NCBI GenBank assembly: GCA_963829055.1
Contig: CAWHHI010000012.1
Coordinates: 352,001-416,000 of the forward strand
Reading direction: 5' to 3'
DNA length: 64,000 nucleotides
Source: an uncultured Gemmatimonadaceae bacterium
Lineage (GTDB): Bacteria > Gemmatimonadota > Gemmatimonadetes > Gemmatimonadales > Gemmatimonadaceae
Shown: one piece after another, positions 52,003-63,085 of the stretch
Numbering within the stretch: the stretch's first letter is position 1
Layout: each line of letters opens with the position of its first letter
The notes under the pieces: generated by a model
Told to the model about the DNA's origin: nothing
Seen by the model: the letters and a program-made list of their open reading frames with translations, nothing else
Databases searched by the model: none
Position numbers and translations under genes: made by a program

Positions 52003-53598
52003 TTCGGGACAGGTTCGTAAACGCGGGCCACGCTGATGCTGCCCGCATACCGCAGCTTGGGTGGGTGGGCCTCGATCAGCAAGGTCGCCGACGCGATGCC
52101 CTGCTCCGTCGACGCAATGAACCACCGCGGGTGGATGCGCTCGATCATATCCTCGAGCACGGCGGCGTTCTGTGCGGGTGTCAGCGGCGTGATGTGGCCG
52201 AGCGCCGTGAATTTGGCGGTCGGAACCGCGCGTCTTCCGGCGTAGAGATACACGATGAGATCGTGGTCGGTGGCAACCACGTCGTCCGGGCGCGTCGAGC
52301 GAGCGACCCATTCGGCGATCGGCTTCGCCTGTGTTCCGGCATCGCTCTGGATGTTGACCCACCATTTATCGCGCACGCCGCGCGTGTTGTGCGCGGCGTA
52401 ACCAGCCGTGACGATCGCGACTCCGGCCATTGCCGCCAGACGCAGCGCACGCGTGCCTGACGCATCTGGGCGCCAGGCCCAGGTCGTACGGACGCCAGCG
52501 ACGAACAGTCCCGCCAACACCGGCCACCAGACAAGCGCGAACCGTGTCGGTTCGAACGGCCACGCGAGAATCACTACGGCGTAGCCGCCGAGGAACACCA
52601 ACGTGACCGGAATGCGACGCCACAGCGTTGCCGCCGCCACACCGAGCATGGCGAGCACCACACCTAACGAGACGAGCCGTGGCGCGACCGGCGGCACCGG
52701 CAGCGTGACGTATCCGAGGAACCCGAACAGCTCGTTGGCATTCTTCGCGATCACCGCCTTCGCGAACGCGAGGCCGCCCGCTCGGTAGCCTTCGGACAGC
52801 CACGGCCCGTACGCACCGTATTTCCCAACGAATGGTGCGGGCATCTCGCCCTGATACGCTGGATACCCACAGCTGCCACGGCACGATGAACACCATCGCC
52901 ACCACACCCAGCACGAGCGCAGACCGCCAGCGACGCCGCAGGAGCAGGACGAGCAGCGCGGCCGGTAGCATGAAAACACCGACGGTGCGCACGAGCGCCA
53001 GGACGCCGATGAGCGCACCCGCGCCCGCGGCCGACCTGACCTCGCCATCGTCGGCCGCGCGCTCCGCCACCAGTAGCGTTGGCAGCACGAGCGCCATGTA
53101 CAGTGGTTCCGAGAGCACCACGCCTGTGATCACCAGCACGACGACCGAGATCGTGCCCACCATGGCGGCGATACATGCGCCCAGCGATCCGAGCGCGAGC
53201 CGCGTCCGCGAGAAGCGATACGTCCCGACAGCCGTGACCGCCAGGAACAGCGCGTTCACGAACTTGAAAACGACGATATTGTCGGGAAAGGATGGAAAGA
53301 GCTTCCACAGCCCGGCGAGCAGCAGCGGGTATCCGGGGGGAAAGTGCGTCGCGTGCGGCGATCCCGGCATGTTGATCATGCGGAACCCTTCACCAGTCGC
53401 GAGTGCCTTGGCGAGCGTCACATAGATCGCGTCATCCTGAAAGACTCCGACCGGCCACGGCGTGACCGTCAGAAGCGCGACCGCGAGCGCGATAGCGCCA
53501 ACCACGAACGGTGCGACACGATCAGCCGAAAGACCGCGTGAGCCATGCGTCGCGTGCGCGAGCGGCGCTGCTCGATCGAGCTCGCCAATAGCCGTCAT
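51999..53598 (-). CDS. Multi-TM GT-C fold glycosyltransferase-like protein, paralog 2 (frameshift near 52860)
   Basis: VGVFQDDAIY..LAKALATG..THFPPGYP, VLSEP, LVRT, RF. Confidence 0.75.
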
Positions 53599-55228
53599 CG
53601 CGACCACCGGCGCGAAGATGGCCGCCGTCGGCAGCAGCGCGTGAACACGTAGCTCGGGCGGTGTCCGCATCGACAGCGCGCGCGCCGAGATCACCGCGTA
53701 CGACGTCGTGCCGATGACGTACGTGGGCTGGTAGCGCGCGACGATCGTGCGCAGCGTTTCCGTCGCGAAAGCGTACGTCTGCTCCTTCAGGTATTCCTCG
53801 GGCGTGAACGTCCCCACCGGGACCGCCCGGCGGCCGGTGTAGAGAAAGACGAGCGGGTCGTCTTCCATTGCGATGATATCGGTGGGGCGTGTCGATGCGC
53901 GAATCCATTCCACTACTGGAGTCGCGCGAGCCGCGGTCACGCGAGGTACGGAGTCGCGCCAGTGCTGCCGCACACCGTTCACGTTGTACCACGCGAAGCC
54001 CGCCACGACCAGGATGCACGCCCCCAGCGCGACGTACCGGCCAACTCGCCGTGGCACGCTCCCAGGCCGTTGCTCGATGACGAACCCGACACCGAGCGCG
54101 AGCATCGCGGCGAACAGCGGCAGCAGCGCCCACACGAAGCGCGTCGGCTCGAACGGCCACACGACGACGAGCGCCATGTAGGCGGCGACGAACCAGATCG
54201 TCACCGGCGCACGACGCGCGAGACGCCACGCACCGATCGCGATGAGCGCCGTGCGCAACGACCGCGGCCGGCATGCGTAGCGGACTCGGTGACGCCTCAC
54301 TGCCTGTGAACATTGTCCACATCATGCCGTAGAGCGCGCGCGCGTTGCGCGCTACGACCTGCCACACGAACGTCAGGCCGTGTTCTCGCACCGCGTTGGA
54401 CATCCACGCGTCGTATGGTCCGTACTTCCCCATGAGCACGGGTGGAATCTCGGAGCCGTGCGCCGCAACCCAGATGTGCCACGGAACGATGAACAGCGCG
54501 CACGCAGCAAGCGCCAACACTGCGGGCACGAACTTCCGTCGCATGACGAGCACGAGCGCGAACGCCGGGATCACGAACATTCCAGCCGTGCGCACCATCG
54601 CGAGCGCGCCGCCGGCCAGCCCCACAAACAGCGCGCTGCGCCAGTCGGCCTGATCGGCCACACGCTCGGCGTAGACCAAGAGCAGCATCAGGAGCGCCAT
54701 GAACATGGGCTCCGAGAGCACGAAGACGCCGAAGATGAGCGCCGGCATCGACACGGTGCCCGCCACACCCACAGTAGCCGAGCCTAACGCCGACAGCCCG
54801 AGGCGGTCTCGGCCGAAGCGGAACGCCGCGAACGCCGCGAGCGCGAGGAACCCTGCGTTCGCGAACGTGAACACGGCGACGTTCTGCGGGAATTGCGGCG
54901 AGAGCTTCCAGAGCAGCGCGAGGAATAGTGGATAGCCGGGCGGATAGTGTGTCGCGTACGGTGCGCCGGGCAAGTTCAGGTAGCGATATCCTTCCCCGCT
55001 CGCGAGCGCCTTGCCGAGCACGACGTAGATCCCGTCGTCCTGGAACACGCCGACAGGCCAATTTGGAATCGCAACGAAGGCGATGGCAAGCGCCACAGCC
55101 GCGACCAGGACACCGATCGCTCGTGAATCGCCGAACGTCGCGCGGATACCGGGGTCCGGGTACGCGGTGCTGCCGAAGTCTTCGGGCACTGCGCCAACGC
55201 CCTCGGGGGTGCGTAGAGAGATGCTCAT
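53595..55228 (-). CDS. Multi-TM GT-C fold glycosyltransferase-like protein, paralog 1 (frameshift near 54250)
   Basis: VGVFQDDGIY..THYPPGYP, VLSEP, VWPFEPTRF; as assembled it reads into paralog 2 without a stop. Confidence 0.75.
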
Positions 55229-56727
55229 TTCCGCGGGAGCGGGAGAGTGCGCGCGATGCGAGCAGAGTCCAGCAGCGCGATAGCTGCGGCCGCTCGCTGT
55301 TGACGCTCGGCGACGTTTGCCGCCTCTCGGTACACGACGGAATCGCGCGGGAACAGCCGCCGTGCGATCACGAGCTCTCGTTCGGCCTCATCGAGTGCAT
55401 TCGCGCCACGAAGCACGCGACCGGCAGCGAGATGCGCCTCGTACGATTCGGGATGATCGGTGAGCAGCGCCAGCAGATACGTCCGATCGTCGTGCCATAC
55501 GGGCGTCCGCGTCCATGTGCGAACGCCGAATGCCACTACCACCGATGCCGTAGCGGCCGCGACCATCGCGGATCGCGTGAAGAGATAGCGCTCTGCCACG
55601 GCGCCGGCAGCCAGGCAAATCCCCACGCTGGCGAGGTAGAGCGTTCGCTCGGCGAGGAGGACGCCTGAAGCGAAGATCACGTTCGACACCGGGGCCAGCG
55701 CGATAGGGACCCACAGGATCGCGAAGGCCAATACAGCCCATCGTGCACGGCGCAGTAGCACCACGACCGCGACCCCGAGCAGCACGGCGATCACGACGCC
55801 CAACAGCGTCATGGCCGACAGCCCTGGCGACGGTGAGATGACGTTAGGCGCGTAGCTGGCCGACAGGTCAGCGGGCGCGATGAGCAGGCGAGCGTAATGC
55901 GGGATCACTCGGGCGACGAGCTCGAGCCGAGACCCGAATGTCGTTCCGGCGAACACCCGCGCCGGCGCAGTGATCTCGCGGGCGTGGAAAACGGCGAGCA
56001 GCACGACGGCGTAAGCGGCCGTCACGGCACCGTATGCCGCGTACATCCGCCGACGCAATCGCAGCGACGCGCGCCAGTCGCGCTCGAGCACGAAATCATT
56101 CGCCGCGGCCAACGCGAGAAAGACGATTGCGCTCTCCTTGCTGAGGAGCCCGAGCGCGAAGAACGGAACAGCCATCCAGCTCGAGCGTCGGTGCGCGAGC
56201 AGCGCAGCGATAGCGAACACCGTACCCATCGGCTCGAGCCGGCCCACGACGTTGGAGATCGCCTCGACGTGAACGGGATGCACCGCGAACAGGAGCGCGG
56301 CGATGCCGGCCGCGACCGGCGCGAGCAGCTCGGCGGCGAGCAACCACACCATGAGTGTCGCCAGCGCGTGCCAGAGCACGTTGACGGCGTGAAACCATCG
56401 CGCATCGCCGCCGGACACGACCCAGTCGAACGCGAACGACAGAATCCCTAGTGGTCGGTACTGGCCGCCACCAATGGCCTCGGGCCAGTACGGGAGTGCG
56501 AACGCTCTCCATGCGCTCGCGGGCGATGTCACGAGCGGGTTGCGCACGATGACGCCGCCGTCGTCCAGGACGAATCCGTTCGCGAGCGCGTTCGCGTAGA
56601 CGAGCATCGCCGCGGCCATCGCACCCACCATCGCGACGCGCTTCACGCGCAGGCGGCCGGTGAGATCGACAAACGCCGGCGTCGCGGCCCCGCGCGAACG
56701 GCCCTGCGGCACGGCGCCCGCTGTCAC
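55225..56727 (-). CDS. TMTC-like protein O-glycosyltransferase with short TPR tail
   Basis: GFVLDD..I..NP, YRPL, FHAVNVLWH, LFAVHPVHVEAISNVVGR, LLSKES, AERTLYL, W..D. Confidence 0.85.
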   Translation of the reverse strand: MTAGAVPQGRSRGAATPAFVDLTGRLRVKRVAMVGAMAAAMLVYANALANGFVLDDGGVIVRNPLVTSPASAWRAFALPYWPEAIGGGQYRPLGILSFAFDWVVSGGDARWFHAVNVLWHALATLMVWLLAAELLAPVAAGIAALLFAVHPVHVEAISNVVGRLEPMGTVFAIAALLAHRRSSWMAVPFFALGLLSKESAIVFLALAAANDFVLERDWRASLRLRRRMYAAYGAVTAAYAVVLLAVFHAREITAPARVFAGTTFGSRLELVARVIPHYARLLIAPADLSASYAPNVISPSPGLSAMTLLGVVIAVLLGVAVVVLLRRARWAVLAFAILWVPIALAPVSNVIFASGVLLAERTLYLASVGICLAAGAVAERYLFTRSAMVAAATASVVVAFGVRTWTRTPVWHDDRTYLLALLTDHPESYEAHLAAGRVLRGANALDEAERELVIARRLFPRDSVVYREAANVAERQQRAAAAIALLDSARIARTLPLPRK

Positions 56728-58103
56728 GCCTCGGCCCCGAACCGCGACAGCTTGCGATGCAACGTCGACGGGTCGATGCCTAACGTCTCGGCCGCGCGGG
56801 TCTTGTTGCCCGCCTCGCTCTGCAGCACCCACATGATGTACGCGCGCTCGATCGTCTCGAGCGTCGGATTCCGAACCGGACGCTCTTCCACCAGTTTGAC
56901 CGGGTCCGGCGCCATGATGCGGTCGGGGAGACCGTCGATCTCGATGACCTCGCCCGGCGTGAGAATCACGGCCCGCTCGAGCGCGTTCTCCAGCTCTCGA
57001 ACGTTGCCTGGCCACGAGTAGTTCATCAGCGCATCCTGAGCGTTCGCGCTGAGCCGTTTCGGGGTTTCGCCGCGCTGCATGCCCGACCGATCGAGGAACG
57101 ATCCGGCCAGCAACGGAATGTCGTCGCGGCGCTCGCGAAGCGGCGGCAGGTAGATCGCGATGACGTTGAGCCGGTAGTAGAGATCGCGCCGGAAGATGCC
57201 ACGGCGAATATCCTCCTCGAGATCACGATTCGTGGCCGCGACGAGCCGAGTGTCGATGGGCTGCGACTCCGTCGCGCCGACAGGAATCACTTCGCGATGC
57301 TGCAGCACGCGCAGCAACTTCACCTGCGTCGCGGGCGTCGTTTCGCCGATCTCGTCGAGAAAGAACGTGCCCTTCGCGGCCGCCGTAAACAGACCGCTCT
57401 TGTCCTTCACGGCTCCAGTGAACGAACCCTTCACGTGGCCGAACAACTCGCTCTCGAGCAGACTCTCGGGAAGCGCGCCGCAGTTGATCGAGAGGAACGG
57501 CCCCTCGGTCCGATTCGACAGGTCGTGAATGTAGCGGGAGATCACTTCCTTACCCGTACCGGATTCACCCTGAATGAGTACGGTCGATTCCGTAGGCGCG
57601 ACCGTTTCGGCGAGTCGCAACACGTCGAGCCAGTTGCGGCTGTTGCCGATCGGCCGCGAGCCCACGTGCTTGTCGCGCCGACGGATCTCCTGCTTGAGCG
57701 ACGAGTTCTCGACACGCAAATGCCGATGCTCGGCAGCGCGTCGAAGGATCGCGACCAGCTCGTCGTTCCGAAACGGCTTCTGAATGTAGTAGAACGCACC
57801 TTCGTTCACGGCCTGCATCGCCGACTGCAGAGTCGCCTGCGCCGTCATCAGGATGACGGGCGTGTTCGGGTCACGCTGTCGCGCCGCGGACAACACCTGC
57901 AAGCCACTCACGGTCGGCATGCGAACGTCGCTCAGCACGATGTCCGGCGACAGCGACTCGATCTGATCGAGTCCGGCCTTTCCGCCGAGAGCGACGTGAG
58001 GCACGAACCCTTCGTTCTTCAGGAGGATGCGCAGTGAGTCCAGGATCCCGGCCTCATCGTCGATGATCAGGACGTTAGGTGCGCCGTTCGAACGCTCGCT
58101 CAC
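56724..58103 (-). CDS. pilR: Sigma-54 response regulator PilR-like
   Basis: REC (IIDDE, SDVRMP, QKP), [14 protein letters not shown], Fis HTH; inside the pilus locus. Confidence 0.85.
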   Translation of the reverse strand: MSERSNGAPNVLIIDDEAGILDSLRILLKNEGFVPHVALGGKAGLDQIESLSPDIVLSDVRMPTVSGLQVLSAARQRDPNTPVILMTAQATLQSAMQAVNEGAFYYIQKPFRNDELVAILRRAAEHRHLRVENSSLKQEIRRRDKHVGSRPIGNSRNWLDVLRLAETVAPTESTVLIQGESGTGKEVISRYIHDLSNRTEGPFLSINCGALPESLLESELFGHVKGSFTGAVKDKSGLFTAAAKGTFFLDEIGETTPATQVKLLRVLQHREVIPVGATESQPIDTRLVAATNRDLEEDIRRGIFRRDLYYRLNVIAIYLPPLRERRDDIPLLAGSFLDRSGMQRGETPKRLSANAQDALMNYSWPGNVRELENALERAVILTPGEVIEIDGLPDRIMAPDPVKLVEERPVRNPTLETIERAYIMWVLQSEAGNKTRAAETLGIDPSTLHRKLSRFGAEA

Positions 58104-59794
58104 ACGAGTTCTCCATTGTCGGACTGATGAGACGGCAACAGTACGGTCACGCGGGTTCCACGATCATCGCTGTCCACGAACACGAAGCCCGAGTGGGCTT
58201 CGATGGCGCGGTGCACGATGCTGAGCCCGAGACCACTGCCGCCGGGCTTCGTGGTAAAAAAGGGATCGAACAATCGATCGCGGATCTCGAGCGGGATGCC
58301 GGGCCCGTCGTCGGAAACGCGCAGCGCGACGCCGCCGAGGTCGAACGACACTCCTGCGGGCACCTCATCCATCGAAAGCGGTGCGAGCTCGACGCGCACG
58401 CGGCCACCGTCCGGCGATGCCTGTACGGCGTTGAGCGCGAGATTGAACACGGCGCGATGCAGTAGGTCCTCGTCGCCATCCACGATCATTCCCTCCGCCA
58501 TACCGCAGACGACCTCTACGTTACTTGGTCGATCTGGGTGTGCCGACGCGAGGCTCGCAGCGCCGCGCGCCACGGCCGAGAGGTCGACGGGCTCGACGCG
58601 GGCTACGCGGACACGGGCAAAGTCCAGAAATTCCGACAGCAACCGCGACAGGCGATCGGACTCCCGAACGACCAACTCCGCCAGCGTGCGCTCGTCAACC
58701 GTCGTGCGAGGCGACCGAGCGAGTTGCTCGATCGCGCTCCGGATGGACGCCAGCGGGTTCTTGATCTCGTGCGCGAGCGATGCGCTCAGCTCGGCCACCG
58801 CCTCGAGCCGCTCGGCCCGCGCGTGGAGGGAGTCGAGGCGCTTCTGGTCGGAAATATCCTGAAAGATCGCGGTCGCCGTAGCCTCGGCTGCGCCATTGTC
58901 GCCCGCGGAGTTGGTCGTATTCAGCCCGATCGGAAAGCGACGATCGTGCACCGTCACCGTGCCCTCGGCCCGAGTCGTGCGTGTCCCGTCCTGCGCTGCA
59001 CGTTCGAGCGCGCGTGCCAATTCCGGCGCGGTGTTCGCGATCGTCTCGATGACCGGCGAGCCGACATGCTCATCGAGCTGCAACCCGAGGAGTTGGGACG
59101 CTGCGGGGTTCGCATAGACGAGCCCGCCGGTGGCGTCGACCGTGACGATCCCGCTGCGTATGTTCCGAAGGATGTCGGCGGCCTGTAGACGCACCTTCAC
59201 CAGTTCGGCCGCGAGTTGCTCGGTACCGGCGCCCGCCTGGCGCAGCCGAGCGGCGATGTATCCGCTGCCCAGCGCGACTGCGGAGAAGACACCCAGCTGC
59301 AACCAGACACCCAGGTCGATCTGTGTGCCCGGCGCGAGGAGTACGTCCGCGAAGTACAGGACGCATCCGAGCGCCGCGACCAGCAGTCCGCCCGAGAACG
59401 GAAGGAGCAGCGACGCCGCCGCGATCACCAGGATATAGAGGGCGGCGAACTGCGACGTGCCGCCGCCCGTCACGTGAACGATCGCCGTCACGACCACGAG
59501 GTCGAACAGCGACTGGATATAGAGGAATCCGGGACGAAGCGGAGACCGATAGACGATGCTGTACAGCGCTGACCCGGCGGTGAACGCGAGGGCGCCGATG
59601 ATGAGCAGCGACGCCACGAGCGTGAGCCCGGCATCGGCATTCTTCCACGCGACGACGGCCGCGATGAAGATCGCGGCGGACATGGCCAGTCGGCCGAGAT
59701 AGACCCAGCGCAGAATCCTGTGCGGGTCCAGAATCGGCGGACGACGGGAATCGTCGGCGCGGGTGATCGGGATCACCGGCAGGGGATGTTGCAA
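58100..59794 (-). CDS. pilS: Sensor kinase PilS-like
   Basis: About 6 TM segments (HVTGG..S.F..LY), PAS, LAHEIKNPL, PFFTTK, GLGL. Confidence 0.88.
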   Translation of the reverse strand: MQHPLPVIPITRADDSRRPPILDPHRILRWVYLGRLAMSAAIFIAAVVAWKNADAGLTLVASLLIIGALAFTAGSALYSIVYRSPLRPGFLYIQSLFDLVVVTAIVHVTGGGTSQFAALYILVIAAASLLLPFSGGLLVAALGCVLYFADVLLAPGTQIDLGVWLQLGVFSAVALGSGYIAARLRQAGAGTEQLAAELVKVRLQAADILRNIRSGIVTVDATGGLVYANPAASQLLGLQLDEHVGSPVIETIANTAPELARALERAAQDGTRTTRAEGTVTVHDRRFPIGLNTTNSAGDNGAAEATATAIFQDISDQKRLDSLHARAERLEAVAELSASLAHEIKNPLASIRSAIEQLARSPRTTVDERTLAELVVRESDRLSRLLSEFLDFARVRVARVEPVDLSAVARGAASLASAHPDRPSNVEVVCGMAEGMIVDGDEDLLHRAVFNLALNAVQASPDGGRVRVELAPLSMDEVPAGVSFDLGGVALRVSDDGPGIPLEIRDRLFDPFFTTKPGGSGLGLSIVHRAIEAHSGFVFVDSDDRGTRVTVLLPSHQSDNGELV

Positions 59795-59908
59795 ATTGCG
59801 CTGAAGTAGACTTCGGGGGATCTATGGCATTCTGCTACGATCTGGACGATCTGGTTTGGAGGTTGTTTCCGAGTGCAACTGGCTGAGCATCTGAGCTTTG
59901 GCGCGTAC

Positions 59909-61240
59909 ATGTGGCGCCTGGTGGTGGTCATTCTGCTCGTTCTCGCCAACGCGTTCTTCGTTGCGGCGGAGTTCGCGCTCGTCGGGTCGCGGCGGAGCAA
60001 GATCGATCAGATGGCGGGTGAAGGAGACCGGCTCGCGAAGGCGGCGCAGACCGCGCTCAAAGACCTGGATCGGTACATCTCGGCCACGCAGCTGGGGATC
60101 ACGCTCGCATCGCTCGGGTTGGGGTGGATCGGCGAACCCGCGCTCGCGGGTCTGGTCGATCGGTTTCTCGCCCTGTTCGGCGTCCACCCGCCGGCGGCCG
60201 CCGTGCACACCGCGGCCGGAGTGGTCACGGCCTTCGTCATCATCACGTTCCTTCACATCGTGCTCGGCGAGTTGGCGCCGAAGTCGATGGCCCTGGTGAA
60301 GCCCGAAGGCGTGAGCCGGGCGCTGGCGATCCCGCTCATGGTATTCGCCCGCGTCATGTCGCCGGCGATCACGCTGCTGAATGGCACCGCGAACTGGCTC
60401 ATGCGACGGCTCGGCATCGCGCCGCAGTCGGAAGCGCAGCATGTGCACTCACCGGAAGAGCTACGACTTCTCGTGATGCAGGCGCGCGCGCACGGCACGC
60501 TCGACGAGGCCGATTCGGCGATGTTGGCCGGGGTGTTCGACTTCCACGAGAAGAAGGCGTACGACGTCATGCGACCACGCACCGAAGTCGCGGCGCTCGA
60601 CATCGAATCCACCGCGGCCGAGGTGTGGGAATTCGTGCGACGCGAGCGCTACTCGCGGTATCCGGTGTATCGCGATACGCTCGACGACGTCGCCGGCGTG
60701 TTCCTGGCGAAGGACCTCTGGCTTTATGACGGACAGGAGCCGTTCTCGCTCGAGACCTTCGTGCGGCAGGCGCTGTACGTGCCGTCGAGTCGGGCGGCCG
60801 AACGCGTGCTCGACGACCTGCGGAAGACGCGGGCGCAGATGGCCGTGGTGCTGGACGAATACGGCGGCACCGCCGGCATCGTGACGATGGAAGACCTCAT
60901 CGAGGAAGTCGTCGGAGACATTGCAGACGAGTACGACTTCGCCTCGCGTACGGCAGTGATGACGGACGGCGTGCTCGAGCTGGCCGGCTCGCTGTCGCTC
61001 GTGGACGTGCGGTCGGACTACGGGCTCCGAATTCCGGAAGGCGACTGGTCGACGTTAGGCGGCTACGCGTTCGGCCGCGTGGGCCGCGTGCCGAAGATCG
61101 GCGACCGGGTGCCCTTCCCCGGCGGCGAGTTGGAAGTCATTGCGATGGATGGTCGCCGGGTGGCGGGACTCCGCGTACACCGCGACAACGCGACGAAGAC
61201 CGATACGCCCGCAACGGCGGCCGCTGCTCTGCATCCATGA
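59909..61240 (+). CDS. CNNM/DUF21-CBS-CorC (hemolysin-family) protein
   Basis: NAFFVAAEFALV, TQLGITLASLGLGW, GELAPK, DEYGGTAGIVTMEDL. Confidence 0.93.
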   Translation: MWRLVVVILLVLANAFFVAAEFALVGSRRSKIDQMAGEGDRLAKAAQTALKDLDRYISATQLGITLASLGLGWIGEPALAGLVDRFLALFGVHPPAAAVHTAAGVVTAFVIITFLHIVLGELAPKSMALVKPEGVSRALAIPLMVFARVMSPAITLLNGTANWLMRRLGIAPQSEAQHVHSPEELRLLVMQARAHGTLDEADSAMLAGVFDFHEKKAYDVMRPRTEVAALDIESTAAEVWEFVRRERYSRYPVYRDTLDDVAGVFLAKDLWLYDGQEPFSLETFVRQALYVPSSRAAERVLDDLRKTRAQMAVVLDEYGGTAGIVTMEDLIEEVVGDIADEYDFASRTAVMTDGVLELAGSLSLVDVRSDYGLRIPEGDWSTLGGYAFGRVGRVPKIGDRVPFPGGELEVIAMDGRRVAGLRVHRDNATKTDTPATAAAALHP

Positions 61241-61258
61241 AGGGACAGTGTGGACTGC

Positions 61259-61535
61259 AACGGCTTTGACAGGATGGGCAGAATGGGCAGGATGACGGCA
61301 ACGGCAACGGCAACTACATGACAGGATTGGCAGGATGGACAGGATTGAACAGAGGCTCCGTGTCGCGCCCAACGTCCCTCCCGCAACGAGCCCAGTGTGA
61401 GAGGAACGGCCGCTCAGGACGCCACTCGCTCCGAGATGTGTTCCCACATTCGTTAGGCCCCGGCGACACGCTCCCCGACGCCGAGACAGTCATCCTGCCA
61501 ATCCTGCCAATCCTGGCCATCCTGTCAAAGCCGTT
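61259..61535. repeat. MITE/REPIN-like element with terminal inverted repeats and 9-mer repeats
   Basis: AACGGCTTTGACAGGATGG ... CCATCCTGTCAAAGCCGTT; CAGGATNGG units on both arms. Confidence 0.75.
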
Positions 61536-61569
61536 TCGTAGTTTCCTGTCCGGCAGATAGCGCCGACCA

Positions 61570-62007
61570 ATGATCGACGAATCCACCGAGGGCCTTCGCG
61601 TCAACGACAGTGTCGTCATTCCTCGTGACGAGCTCGCGACGCGCGCGTCCCGCGCTGGCGGTGCGGGCGGGCAGCACGTGAACACGTCGTCCACGCGCAT
61701 CGAGCTGCTGTGGAACGTCGGCACGACGCGCGCGCTGTCGGAAGAGCAGCGCGCGCGCGTGTTGCAGAAGCTCTCGTCGCGGCTGGACAGCGAACAAACC
61801 GTTCGTGTCGTGGCGAGCGATCGGCGGAGCCAGCGTCAGAATCGCGAGAGCGCCGAAGAACGGCTGGCCGATCTCGTGCGCGCCGCGCTCGTCGTCCCGA
61901 AGAAGCGTCGGCCAACGAAGCCGAGTCGCGCGGCGAAGCAGGCGCGGCTGGATTCGAAGAAACGAACGAGCGACAAGAAGCGCCAGCGGCGCTGGCAAGG
62001 CGACTGA
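61570..62007 (+). CDS. arfB: Alternative ribosome-rescue peptidyl-tRNA hydrolase
   Basis: GAGGQHVN, RSQRQNR, basic tail RRPTKPSR. Confidence 0.95.
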   Translation: MIDESTEGLRVNDSVVIPRDELATRASRAGGAGGQHVNTSSTRIELLWNVGTTRALSEEQRARVLQKLSSRLDSEQTVRVVASDRRSQRQNRESAEERLADLVRAALVVPKKRRPTKPSRAAKQARLDSKKRTSDKKRQRRWQGD

Positions 62008-62160
62008 GCGTCGGCGTGGCTCACGGACGCATGACGGGCTGTCTGCGACATGCCCGATTGGAAAGGGGGCTCACCAATCCTGCATGAAGCAAACAGCCCG
62101 TCAACAGACGTCGGCCGTACTCCGGCGCCTAACGCACGACGCCGGTCCAGTGTGGCTCTC

Positions 62161-62886
62161 TCAGTGCGTCGGAATCCCGATCGACACGCCGAAGCGATAG
62201 GTGACGAAGTTCGCTTCGCTCCGGATCGGATTGATGACGATGCTCCCGTCCGGCCTGTCCCTGATGCTTCCCTCGCGGAGGTACGTCGCTTCGCCGTTCC
62301 GGTGGAACGTAGCACCGAGATCGAGGAGCACCGGCGTGCGACCCAGGAACAATGGGATCATGAAGCCGCCACCGCCTGTGAGCGCGAACACGACATCGTC
62401 GTGATTCGTCGTATCGAACAGATTCTCGGCGTCGTTGTTCCCGCTCAGCGATGAATGCGTGAAGAAGTAGCTCATCCCCGCCGTAGCGTTGATGTATGGA
62501 CGCAGCGGCCCGGCGGGAACAGTGATCTGCGGGCCGATGCCAGCGAACGCGATGTCGTTGCTCGTGTTCACATTCACGTCGACGCGGCAGCTGAACGGAC
62601 AGATGGTCGTGTTCTCACTGCCGTACTGCAGGAACCCGCCTTCGGCGCGAATGCCGAACACCCGATCGCGATCGAGATTCCAGACGAATCCGCCGGTGAC
62701 GCCGTACCCCTGACCGATGAAATCATTGAAAGCGCCAATGGGCTGCGCGACGGCGAAATTGATGTCGCCGTAGGCACGCGGAAGCGTCGCGTCGGTGCGG
62801 CGGGCCGGCGTACCCTGTGCCGAGAGCGTCGATGCGATTGCACTCGTGAGTACGAGCGCGCTGAAAATGCGAGGTGCGCGAAACAT
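62161..62886 (-). CDS. Outer-membrane beta-barrel-like protein
   Basis: Signal peptide, alternating beta strands, LRPY, C-terminal YRFGVSIG. Confidence 0.7.
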   Translation of the reverse strand: MFRAPRIFSALVLTSAIASTLSAQGTPARRTDATLPRAYGDINFAVAQPIGAFNDFIGQGYGVTGGFVWNLDRDRVFGIRAEGGFLQYGSENTTICPFSCRVDVNVNTSNDIAFAGIGPQITVPAGPLRPYINATAGMSYFFTHSSLSGNNDAENLFDTTNHDDVVFALTGGGGFMIPLFLGRTPVLLDLGATFHRNGEATYLREGSIRDRPDGSIVINPIRSEANFVTYRFGVSIGIPTH

Positions 62887-63085
62887 GAGACCCGTTAGGT
62901 AGAGTCGCCGCAGGAGACGCGGCTTCTGGTTTCGAAGCAATACGTCCCCGCGCATTGAACGTTTCACGATCGACGTCGGCCGTCCCTGGGCGATGATACC
63001 GCTCGATCGCGCAAAAAGTGCCCGAAGGCAAACTGCTGAACCCATCGGGCACTGCGGGCGTCACCGGCCGGTCGTTCCGCTCAAC

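Noticed and set aside
61259..61535. CRISPR array
   Set aside because: Repeats are 9-mers without unique spacers, and no cas genes are present.
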